From a virus, in IMG/VR virus record IMGVR_UViG_3300009285_000018, positions 1-45,887 of that record: a stretch of 45,887 bases of DNA; one strand, 5' to 3'. Within the stretch, counting starts at the first letter, position 1. Every line of letters starts with the position of its first letter. Made by a program: the position numbers and the translations under genes. The notes under the pieces are model-generated. The model made no database searches and was not told the DNA's origin. It saw nothing but the letters and a program-made list of their open reading frames with translations. Positions 24,266-31,913 of the stretch are shown here, one piece after another.

Positions 24266-24757
24266 TTAAGAAAATTGGATTTGATATGTCACGTTGACAT
24301 TCTGATTGGTCGCACAGGAACTGGAAGTATAAGTGTTACCGGAAAAAAGCGTGGCATTGGTTGAAGTCGTATTAAAAAGTCCGACATTGGAAAGATTCAC
24401 CGATGCGGTAACGAAAGAATCGGAACTTGCGAAAGCCGCGGTAAATTGAAGTGTTTTAGAAGACGTAATTGAGGTTGATCCGGTTTTGCGTTGCGTGGAT
24501 GACATTATTTCGCCAGCCAATCCGGTTTCAGCGGCTAAGGGCGCGCCACCCGTTCCAAGCGCGATATGAGTAATAGTTTTGGCTCCCGATGCGCCAGCAA
24601 GACCCTTGCAAAGATAATCTTGAAATCCAAGATTTACAACTAAATTTTTTACCCAGCCGGAATCTCCCGCAATTTTTTCCATACTTTTTACGTTCGGCTC
24701 GGAGATTTGAAGCCGGAAAAATCCGTGAACTTTGATCGTGTCTTTATTTTTTGTCAT
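24266..24757 (-). CDS. hypothetical Ser/Thr-rich protein
   Basis: The internal ATG (MTKNKDTIKVHG) was chosen. The C-terminal half is rich in S, T and N (NTTSTNATLFSGNTYTSSS). Confidence 0.45.
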   Translation of the reverse strand: MTKNKDTIKVHGFFRLQISEPNVKSMEKIAGDSGWVKNLVVNLGFQDYLCKGLAGASGAKTITHIALGTGGAPLAAETGLAGEIMSSTQRKTGSTSITSSKTLQFTAAFASSDSFVTASVNLSNVGLFNTTSTNATLFSGNTYTSSSCATNQNVNVTYQIQFS

Positions 24758-24758
24758 A

Positions 24759-25037
24759 CTATTCAAGTACCAGATATGCAACATTAGCGGTCCCAAGAAC
24801 CTTAACGTGCATACCTTTAGTAAATTTATGATCTACGTGATAGATTTCCGACCTTTTGGGGGCGGCGCTTGGCACCACGGCATAAAAAACAACATCGCCG
24901 GATGCGTTTCCATCACGAATTTTTACGGTAGCGTTAGCCGCCGAGGGCGTAATCAGTACGCCTTTAAGGCGAACCTGTTGAGTTGTAGGAATGGTTTGCT
25001 TTCCAACCGTTCCTGAGATTGCAACTTCGAGTAACAT
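24759..25037 (-). CDS. hypothetical small protein, beta-rich
   Basis: 92-aa ORF with its own TGATATAAT promoter. Confidence 0.45.
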   Translation of the reverse strand: MLLEVAISGTVGKQTIPTTQQVRLKGVLITPSAANATVKIRDGNASGDVVFYAVVPSAAPKRSEIYHVDHKFTKGMHVKVLGTANVAYLVLE

Positions 25038-25055
25038 AGTAATTGTATTATATCA
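25038..25055 (-). promoter_or_regulatory. extended -10 promoter, TGATATAAT
   Basis: Read on the minus strand: TGATATAAT (25055..25047), N9, ATG (25037). It shares the 12-mer CGTGATATAATA with the promoter at 20069..20080. Confidence 0.5.
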
Positions 25056-26148
25056 CGGTTCTTTTTACTCGCGCAAGGGCTGTCCTTGCGAGAATTTGAG
25101 AATACACTTCAAAGATTTTTTGAGCATTGTCTTGAATCCAGTGTTTTGAAATCCATTCTTTATTGTGTCGCGCCATCTCCCTCCGTTTGTTCGGATGATC
25201 CACAAGTTCTATAAGCATATTATACCACTCTTCATAAGTATTCGCCAAAAGCGCATGAACCCCGTTATCCACAGCCTCCTTGTAGGGTATCACGTTTGAC
25301 GCCACAATCGGTATCTGAGCCGCCGCGTATTCCTTGATTTTAAGGTCTGATTTACAGTTCCCGAATGAATTATTGATAACCGGCGCCACCGCTATATCCC
25401 ATCCTTTGGAACAAAGCACTTGTGGATAAATTTCAATCGGTTCTCCGGGATCATTCCGCAACTCACCCTCGAATCCACAGGCCGGACAAACTTGATTTAG
25501 TACATTCAAATTAAATACTCCTCCAAGTTCCTGATGCGTCATCCCCATTGTTTCAAACCGGATATTCGGTTTGCGCTCTTTCACAATTCGCTCGATGACT
25601 TTTGAAATCATCTTTAAGTCGTCCGCATGCGCATTGCCACCCATCCAACCAATTCTAATTTTTCCATCGGCTGGCTTGATTATCGGATTGTCCCATAAAT
25701 CTTTATTTAGATAGTTCGGCACAACGTAAATGAACGGATTGTATGGAAAATATTCACGGGCGAGTTGCGGAGTGGAAACCGTGACGCCGGCCGCGACTTT
25801 CGTCATCTCCATCGCGCGATGCACATAAAGCGTTCCCGGATTCCACGCCGGAAATCCCCAAACATTTCGTGGAGATACATGATGCACAAAATCATCAATT
25901 TCAGTAATGAAAGGAATTTTATGGAATAAAAGTTTGTGTAATATTTTTGTGGCATTTTCGCTTCCCATCTCCTGCATCACCACAAGATCCGCGGCATTTA
26001 ACTGGTCATCAGTCGGCATTTGCATAACAATTTCGGTTTCAGCAAGACCCATACGTTTAATAAAAGTTGCTGGTTGCTTACAGCGGAAGTAGCCACATCC
26101 GCCGTCATCTCGAACTACATATAAAATTTTAGGAATTTTATTCGTCAT
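25048..26148 (-). CDS. GT-B fold glycosyltransferase (family 1/4-like)
   Basis: C-terminal IPIVASNVIPYKEAVDNGVHALL resembles the GT4 E-x7-E region. Length is 366 aa. Confidence 0.6.
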   Translation of the reverse strand: MTNKIPKILYVVRDDGGCGYFRCKQPATFIKRMGLAETEIVMQMPTDDQLNAADLVVMQEMGSENATKILHKLLFHKIPFITEIDDFVHHVSPRNVWGFPAWNPGTLYVHRAMEMTKVAAGVTVSTPQLAREYFPYNPFIYVVPNYLNKDLWDNPIIKPADGKIRIGWMGGNAHADDLKMISKVIERIVKERKPNIRFETMGMTHQELGGVFNLNVLNQVCPACGFEGELRNDPGEPIEIYPQVLCSKGWDIAVAPVINNSFGNCKSDLKIKEYAAAQIPIVASNVIPYKEAVDNGVHALLANTYEEWYNMLIELVDHPNKRREMARHNKEWISKHWIQDNAQKIFEVYSQILARTALARVKRTVI

Positions 26149-26603
26149 TTTATGGCTTCGATTACAAGTTCGTAGGGATTTTTTTCAAACTCATTTGGCA
26201 CGCTGTCAAACCAAATAATTTGTTTCTCACCGGCAAATCCCGCGGCCGAAAGATAACGGATCAAACTATCGCGTGTCATATATATCGCGTGTGTAAATTC
26301 CCGGTTGAATGAATCGATGTCTATTCCTCCACCCACGAACTCACGGCATAAAACTTCAAAATCGTCCACCTTAATCCACAATTTTCCTCCCGGCTTCAAA
26401 CATCGATACCAATTCACAAGAACCTCGCCCACTTCTTCGAGGAAATAACGGTCAAGCACATGGAACGAATAAATCGCATCAATGCTGTTTTCCCGAAAAC
26501 CAAGTTTTTTTAAATCATATAAAATATCAACCTCCGGACCGGGTTGGTTCCAGACCGTAGTGACGTTCGGAACTATTCGAGTTGGGCTAAGTTGAATTTT
26601 CAT
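26145..26603 (-). CDS. SAM-dependent methyltransferase-like protein (Methyltransf_11-type)
   Basis: Contains LKPGGKLWIKVDD and a short class I fold. Motif I is not obvious. Confidence 0.45.
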   Translation of the reverse strand: MKIQLSPTRIVPNVTTVWNQPGPEVDILYDLKKLGFRENSIDAIYSFHVLDRYFLEEVGEVLVNWYRCLKPGGKLWIKVDDFEVLCREFVGGGIDIDSFNREFTHAIYMTRDSLIRYLSAAGFAGEKQIIWFDSVPNEFEKNPYELVIEAIK

Positions 26604-27370
26604 AATTGACCGTAGGGTTGTGATTCCAAACTAAATCCGCGACCCCTGTCTTTCCATAAAACAAGTTTATTTCCGAAATCCGAGAGGTACTCTTTATGGA
26701 TCGCCTTTCCCTTCCTTTGACGCCACTTATCGGCATATTTGGGCCAATATTTAATATAGTAATCACAGGTTTTTTCCCACGCTTCAATACTGAATCCTTT
26801 TCCGAAATGTTTGATATCTCCATGCACCGGAATCTGTATTCCGGGTTCAAGCGTAACTTCACGCTGATCCGGAAGATGGTATTTCAAATATGGCGAGTTC
26901 CGGAAAAAGAATACTATCGTACGGAATTCGGGACCAAACCATTGCCGCTCTTTATATGATTTTTCAGAATCTTCGGGTGTAATATGCGCATCATACAAAC
27001 GGCAAGCAATCGCCTTAATGTTCGGGTCCAAAAACAGTCCGTATTCAGTGAAATTATAAATATGCTCGTCGGCGTCAAAATATACGAACCAATCATCCGG
27101 CCCGGCAAACTGTTGCGCCCGAGCGAGTACCATTTGCCGGTTGAACCAATCGGATTTTTCTCTGTCCGGATCCCAAAACGAACCCTCAATTACTTCCTTT
27201 ACTGCTGGATGGGATCGCGCAATTTCCACCGTTCGATCCGTGGATACGTCATCATAAACATAGATTCCTTCGGTACAAAAAGATTTCCAATTATCCAGCG
27301 TATCTTTTAGGATCGCTTCTTCGTTACGGACCTTGGTAAGTCCCCTGATTTTAGGAAGTTCATGAAACAT
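26600..27370 (-). CDS. family 2 glycosyltransferase
   Basis: Contains VRNEEAIL, YVYDDVSTDRTVEIA (compare the DDGSTD motif) and FDADE. Confidence 0.65.
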   Translation of the reverse strand: MFHELPKIRGLTKVRNEEAILKDTLDNWKSFCTEGIYVYDDVSTDRTVEIARSHPAVKEVIEGSFWDPDREKSDWFNRQMVLARAQQFAGPDDWFVYFDADEHIYNFTEYGLFLDPNIKAIACRLYDAHITPEDSEKSYKERQWFGPEFRTIVFFFRNSPYLKYHLPDQREVTLEPGIQIPVHGDIKHFGKGFSIEAWEKTCDYYIKYWPKYADKWRQRKGKAIHKEYLSDFGNKLVLWKDRGRGFSLESQPYGQL

Positions 27371-28400
27371 CTTTAGCTCTGCGATATGGCCTTAATTCCG
27401 ATTCGACTGCAACCGGACCTTCAACTAACTCTTTAGCAATCCGCAAAAAACTTTCTGCCGCTATCACCGCATTATGTTCACGTTTGACGTAGTTTTTCCC
27501 CCACTCAATCGTTTCCGGATTGTAATATCGATCAATCTCCGCAATCAATTCTTCCGGAGTCATTAAAACATTTCCAGAATTCCGGCCGGAGAAATTGGCG
27601 TATTTAATTGCTTGAATATTGTCTTCACGTACTATGCCGGCCGTTCCCCAACGCCCATGCACCACCCCAATCCGTCCAGCCGCAATTCCCTCAAGAACAC
27701 TCCGTCCCATTCCCACCACAATATCCGAGTCCTCAATCGCGCGAGTAACGTCAAAAGCCGAACTGAAATTCATTCCTATTGCTGCGAGCGTGGCTCCGTA
27801 ATGTTTAGCAACCGTGCGTATAATTTCAACTTCGGAGTCGTTTTTCAAATTATAGTTTGAATTAAATAAAATCTGTTTCGGTTTATTTTCGGTAATTTGA
27901 CGCTTCAAATTGAATCGCTCGCAATCAATGAAATTCCGGATGATAGCGGAATCGATATTGTAATCCTGCTTTAATTTTTCCTGCACCTCTTCCGACACCG
28001 AAACGAATTGATTCACTCCTGCGGAAAGAGACGGATGCTCCGGCGCTTTTTCTCCATTTTCCAAAAAGTGCATTGTGCCATGAACCACGCAAATTATCGG
28101 AGTTTTAGGATAGCGCAACCGGAGGTACTCAACAATATGATGATGTGCCGCAATAATCACGTCGTATTCGTGGCTTACTTTTTCCTCCAAGACATACGAA
28201 AATGGGCGCGCGTCTTCCAGATCAAAATTATTGTAGGAACGGATATCTTTTTTCTCAAGTTCATGCGAAATAACCCCGAGATCGGGGCTGAAACATACCA
28301 CATAGTGTCCCATCTTTTTTAATTCGGTCGCGAGAGTAAAAATCCACGTTTCACTTCCCGCAAGCATGGCAAGCGAATTGTTGCCAAGAAGTATTCTCAT
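27360..28400 (-). CDS. GT-B fold glycosyltransferase (family 4-like)
   Basis: Contains MRILLGNNSLAMLAGSETW and GMGRSVLEGIAAGRIGVV. Confidence 0.6.
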   Translation of the reverse strand: MRILLGNNSLAMLAGSETWIFTLATELKKMGHYVVCFSPDLGVISHELEKKDIRSYNNFDLEDARPFSYVLEEKVSHEYDVIIAAHHHIVEYLRLRYPKTPIICVVHGTMHFLENGEKAPEHPSLSAGVNQFVSVSEEVQEKLKQDYNIDSAIIRNFIDCERFNLKRQITENKPKQILFNSNYNLKNDSEVEIIRTVAKHYGATLAAIGMNFSSAFDVTRAIEDSDIVVGMGRSVLEGIAAGRIGVVHGRWGTAGIVREDNIQAIKYANFSGRNSGNVLMTPEELIAEIDRYYNPETIEWGKNYVKREHNAVIAAESFLRIAKELVEGPVAVESELRPYRRAKDVS

Positions 28401-28428
28401 CTTTTTTTTATTTATTTGCTATATGAGA

Positions 28429-28452
28429 CGAAAGGGTCACAAGTTCCTTTCG
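28429..28452 (-). promoter_or_regulatory. stem-loop between the decoration-like gene and the glycosyltransferase cluster
   Basis: Perfect 7-bp stem CGAAAGG / CCTTTCG with a 10-nt loop. No U-tract follows. Confidence 0.4.
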
Positions 28453-28469
28453 CCCGAATTGCAAACAAA

Positions 28470-29135
28470 TTAAACTTGAACGTAGGCCACGTAATTTACG
28501 TTACCCGATCTTACCGTTTTCAGATAAATATTGGTCGAAGTTGAAGCAGAAGCCTGTGATACAAATACGCCTTGTGCAGATACGCCCTTCGCCATATCAA
28601 TAATATTCGCATGTGAGGCTTTCATTTGCACAATCACAAATTTCGGCGTTGTAGCAAGACCATGAGCAACCGCCACAACACCACTCAAAAGTCCTGAAAT
28701 CGTTCCGGAAAGATACGCAGCAAACAGTTTGGCGGACGTAACCGCCCGAGCACTGATCGCCCCGGCGCGAATCGCATTCGCTTTGATGTTGGTGTTGCCA
28801 ACAGCCGATACGCCTATCTTTGCCGAAGTTACCTGAGCTGCGGAAATTGCTCCTTTACGAATCGCGTTTACGGCAATATTCGTATTCTGCACGGCGCTTA
28901 CTCCTATCTTTGCCGAAATAACTGCTGCGGCAGCGAGTTTTATGCTCGTTACGGCTCCAGTTCCGATCTTCGCTGAAGTAATAGCACCCGCCGCTACTTC
29001 CGCGGCAAGTACAGTCCCGTCAGCAATATGAGCGGACGTAACAACGGCTGACTGAATATTGGCTCCATAGATCAGCGCCCCTTTTGAGAACGCTGGACTA
29101 TAAGCCGAGATTGCTTGTCCTCTTGAAGCTGGCAT
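28470..29135 (-). CDS. Ala/Ser/Thr-rich repeat protein (head decoration or fibre candidate)
   Basis: A ~33-aa unit occurs twice: VTSAKIGVSAV.NTNI..NAIR.GAISA. Shorter A.AITSAKIG periodicity is also present. The gene lies directly after the capsid gene. Confidence 0.45.
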   Translation of the reverse strand: MPASRGQAISAYSPAFSKGALIYGANIQSAVVTSAHIADGTVLAAEVAAGAITSAKIGTGAVTSIKLAAAAVISAKIGVSAVQNTNIAVNAIRKGAISAAQVTSAKIGVSAVGNTNIKANAIRAGAISARAVTSAKLFAAYLSGTISGLLSGVVAVAHGLATTPKFVIVQMKASHANIIDMAKGVSAQGVFVSQASASTSTNIYLKTVRSGNVNYVAYVQV

Positions 29136-29147
29136 AAATTATTGAGA

Positions 29148-29196
29148 GATTGCCTCTGGTAAGTCCGGCCAAACCGGTCCACTACCAGAAGCAATC
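29148..29196 (-). promoter_or_regulatory. long stem-loop immediately after the capsid gene (attenuator or RNA stabiliser candidate)
   Basis: 14-bp stem GATTGCCTCTGGTA (29148..29161) / TACCAGAAGCAATC (29183..29196), with one G-U-compatible mismatch. No U-tract follows. Confidence 0.5.
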
Positions 29197-29204
29197 CGAT
29201 TAGA

Positions 29205-30371
29205 TTACGGCTTAAGATTAAAATGATAAGCGGCTGCGTCTCCATTACGGACCTCCATCGTGTATTCACCAACGATCTGCCAATCATTCGAGTCGCCGGT
29301 CTTCCCCAATTTTTCAAGGAAGAAAGCGCGACCTTTCAAAGGCATGATTTTCACCTTTGAAGAATCAAATACTACCGCAACATCGTTCGGCACCCAGCGG
29401 TCAACAATAACTTTCAAGTTGATTCCAAGGTCCGAAACAAACTCTTCTACGGTATAGCCCGCACGTCGAGAATCAAGAGTAGTGCGTCGAAATTCTGAAT
29501 CAAAAGCGGAAATTTTCTGCTTCTGCACGCCTCCCACAAGAATAGTGTCCGGCATAAGCCCGTCATCCCAACAGTTCTTAATCATTGTGTTCAAAACCGA
29601 GGGGATAAGAGTTTCTGCGGTACCACTGTTGTTGTTCGTGGAAGGAATAAATCCTACGAACTCGATTAGCCCGCCCATGTTGTTGTAAACGGTAGCACTT
29701 ACGTCTCCGATACGAACACCCATGATTGCGGTGCGATCAAGTTCCCTTTTGAGTTCACGAAGACGAAGATCAATTTGGTAATCGTCTTCCGATGAAATTC
29801 CGGCATGATCAATCGAGGACGCGGTGCCGGTAACTTTCACACCTTTCGAGAAAATCTGCGTGAAGTTATGAACCAATGATCGAGTTGTCGATTCATCTGC
29901 CGGACCCGCCATGCCCTGCGGACGAGGATGCGCGATTATTTCCCACGTAGCGCCCGCCCCATGAGTTTGAGCCGAAGTACCTCCGGCTCCTCGATTTACA
30001 GTACATGAAGTGCTGGAGACAGCTGTAACTTGGACCACTTCTGTTTTTCCTGAAAGTTTGTTTTTCAGCAAAGTACCCGCCGTGATCTTGGAACGAGTAA
30101 TATGAGACGAAGACAAACGAAGAACAGTTCCGGTGGTGTTCCCGAGCGCCATCTGCGCTGCGGTGCCTCCGGACTGAACTGCGGTTGTCGCGTTCAGCGC
30201 GTCTTCTACCCAAGAATGCTTAGTCTGTGTTGCGACTTCGTTCGAGATACCCATCATCGATACGAAATCTGTGTCATCCAAAAGGATGGCAGCCAAAACC
30301 TCCGAGAGGTCCAACTTATAGACTGCACTTTGGTCAAACGACGCGGCTTGGGTTGGATCTGCTAATGCCAT
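29205..30371 (-). CDS. major capsid protein candidate
   Basis: 388-aa ORF directly downstream of the scaffold-like gene and followed by a strong hairpin. The call rests on size and position only. Confidence 0.6.
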   Translation of the reverse strand: MALADPTQAASFDQSAVYKLDLSEVLAAILLDDTDFVSMMGISNEVATQTKHSWVEDALNATTAVQSGGTAAQMALGNTTGTVLRLSSSHITRSKITAGTLLKNKLSGKTEVVQVTAVSSTSCTVNRGAGGTSAQTHGAGATWEIIAHPRPQGMAGPADESTTRSLVHNFTQIFSKGVKVTGTASSIDHAGISSEDDYQIDLRLRELKRELDRTAIMGVRIGDVSATVYNNMGGLIEFVGFIPSTNNNSGTAETLIPSVLNTMIKNCWDDGLMPDTILVGGVQKQKISAFDSEFRRTTLDSRRAGYTVEEFVSDLGINLKVIVDRWVPNDVAVVFDSSKVKIMPLKGRAFFLEKLGKTGDSNDWQIVGEYTMEVRNGDAAAYHFNLKP

Positions 30372-30390
30372 AAATTTAAAAACGAATTAA

Positions 30391-31110
30391 CTACTTTTTA
30401 AATCCCTTCTGTTTCAACGCATTTCTCAGAATAGCCCGAGATCGCGCCACACCAGTCAATTTAGAGGTGTCTTCAAAAACCCCTGAATCAACTGGGGCCG
30501 GACTTCCGGCGCCAACAGTAGGGGGAGTTTCATGGCCTGCCGGCTGACTGGGCTGACTATTCCCACCCGCCGAATTGCCACTATTGCCCGGAGCAGAAAG
30601 TCCCGCGACTTCTTCCCGAACAAAATCCTCTATATCCAATAATGCCTCCTCGACATTATCGGCTTCACTCAACATATGCGGGTTTTTCAGGATCAAATTC
30701 TTGGTCGATTGCGGAAGTTTCGCATACTCGGATTTGGCGAGTATCGATCCTACTCCCACACTAACCTCGGCTTTTAGAACCTTTCGCTCTGCCTCTATGC
30801 GGGCATCCTGTTCCCTATGGAGAGCTTCCACAAGTTCAGGATCATCGCCTGCGGCGCCAGTCGCCGGAGGAGTCGAAGGATTATTGCGCGAACGCGTAAA
30901 TCCTTTACGCTTCTCGAACGCCTGCTGACGAGCATGATCACGCGTGAGGATGCGATATTCCTCTGCGGAGATGGTTACTGCTCCTTGCTGATTCCCCTGT
31001 GCCCCTTCTTGTGGAGGAGTCGAGGAATTTGCAGGAGGAGTACCTGCACCTTGCTCGTTGCCTCCGGGGTTGGCCGCTTGCGCGGGGGTGGCCGGATTTG
31101 AGGTTGTCAT
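30391..31110 (-). CDS. scaffolding protein candidate
   Basis: Low-complexity P/A/G/Q-rich N-terminus, a charged helical middle and a position upstream of the capsid gene. The start is placed at 31110 because the promoter lies inside the longer track ORF. Confidence 0.55.
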   Translation of the reverse strand: MTTSNPATPAQAANPGGNEQGAGTPPANSSTPPQEGAQGNQQGAVTISAEEYRILTRDHARQQAFEKRKGFTRSRNNPSTPPATGAAGDDPELVEALHREQDARIEAERKVLKAEVSVGVGSILAKSEYAKLPQSTKNLILKNPHMLSEADNVEEALLDIEDFVREEVAGLSAPGNSGNSAGGNSQPSQPAGHETPPTVGAGSPAPVDSGVFEDTSKLTGVARSRAILRNALKQKGFKK

Positions 31111-31167
31111 ATGTGCTTTTATTATACCACGTTTTATAAACAAGCGCAGACAAGCGCCTGTGGATAA
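31111..31167 (-). promoter_or_regulatory. DnaA-box plus extended -10 promoter of the scaffold/capsid operon
   Basis: Read on the minus strand: TTATCCACA (31167..31159), N29, TGGTATAAT (31129..31121), N10, ATG (31110). Confidence 0.6.
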
Positions 31168-31171
31168 GTTT

Positions 31172-31483
31172 TTAGTTCAAAAATAAATCAAATTTTTTCT
31201 GTCCCCGCACGTTTTCCACCACCACTTCCAGTTCCTCACCCATTACCGTATCAAAATTGATAAGTTCGCCGTAACGATTGGTTTCAGTCATGCAATTTTT
31301 CTTCTCAAGCCGTACGCGCCCAAGCGCGTCTTTTATTTTCATATCAAAAGTAAGTCCGGGAGTATCGGATATCGAATGAAGCCAATCAATTTTATTTCCC
31401 GACGCCCTAACTTTTTTTGAAACTTCCCCCGAAGAGACGTCGAAAGAAAGAGGGGGCGTGTCCGTTGAATTTATTGGTTTCAT
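31172..31483 (-). CDS. hypothetical protein
   Basis: 103-aa ORF. Confidence 0.5.
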   Translation of the reverse strand: MKPINSTDTPPLSFDVSSGEVSKKVRASGNKIDWLHSISDTPGLTFDMKIKDALGRVRLEKKNCMTETNRYGELINFDTVMGEELEVVVENVRGQKKFDLFLN

Positions 31484-31488
31484 TTTTT

Positions 31489-31635
31489 TTATTCTTCGTT
31501 AGATTTTTTTTTAACGACGAGATTTCCGTCTTTGGTGTAGGCAAGTTCAACATTCTCAATCGGAATCCACTTGCCGTTCTCATCTTTTTGAGCGGGGACC
31601 ATTTTCCCGTCGTGTTTTATCATTGGAACTGTCAT
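31489..31635 (-). CDS. hypothetical small protein (48 aa, below the ORF-track cutoff)
   Basis: Translated by hand as MTVPMIKHDGKMVPAQKDENGKWIPIENVELAYTKDGNLVVKKKSNEE. Confidence 0.4.
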   Translation of the reverse strand: MTVPMIKHDGKMVPAQKDENGKWIPIENVELAYTKDGNLVVKKKSNEE

Positions 31636-31652
31636 ATTAGTATGTTCGCTTT

Positions 31653-31811
31653 TTACCTTTTTTCTTTTTGTGAGCCACGTTTTTTGCGCTCGCCATAGAC
31701 AGCTTTACCGCCGCCTTTTGGTTTGCAGCCATGCACAAAGTGATGTTCGCCGGCCTCGACCGTGAATACTCGACCGCCGTTTTTTATACAATCAAGAAAT
31801 GCTACTGGCAT
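31653..31811 (-). CDS. hypothetical small basic protein (52 aa, below the ORF-track cutoff)
   Basis: Translated by hand as MPVAFLDCIKNGGRVFTVEAGEHHFVHGCKPKGGGKAVYGERKKRGSQKEKR. Confidence 0.4.
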   Translation of the reverse strand: MPVAFLDCIKNGGRVFTVEAGEHHFVHGCKPKGGGKAVYGERKKRGSQKEKR

Positions 31812-31913
31812 GTTAGTCAAAAAGATAGCTTTCTAATCCCCAAATGGGGCATATCACAAGTATAACAAAAGCCGCAACGATCAGCAAACATAATAATTGT
31901 TTCAGAAATAATT

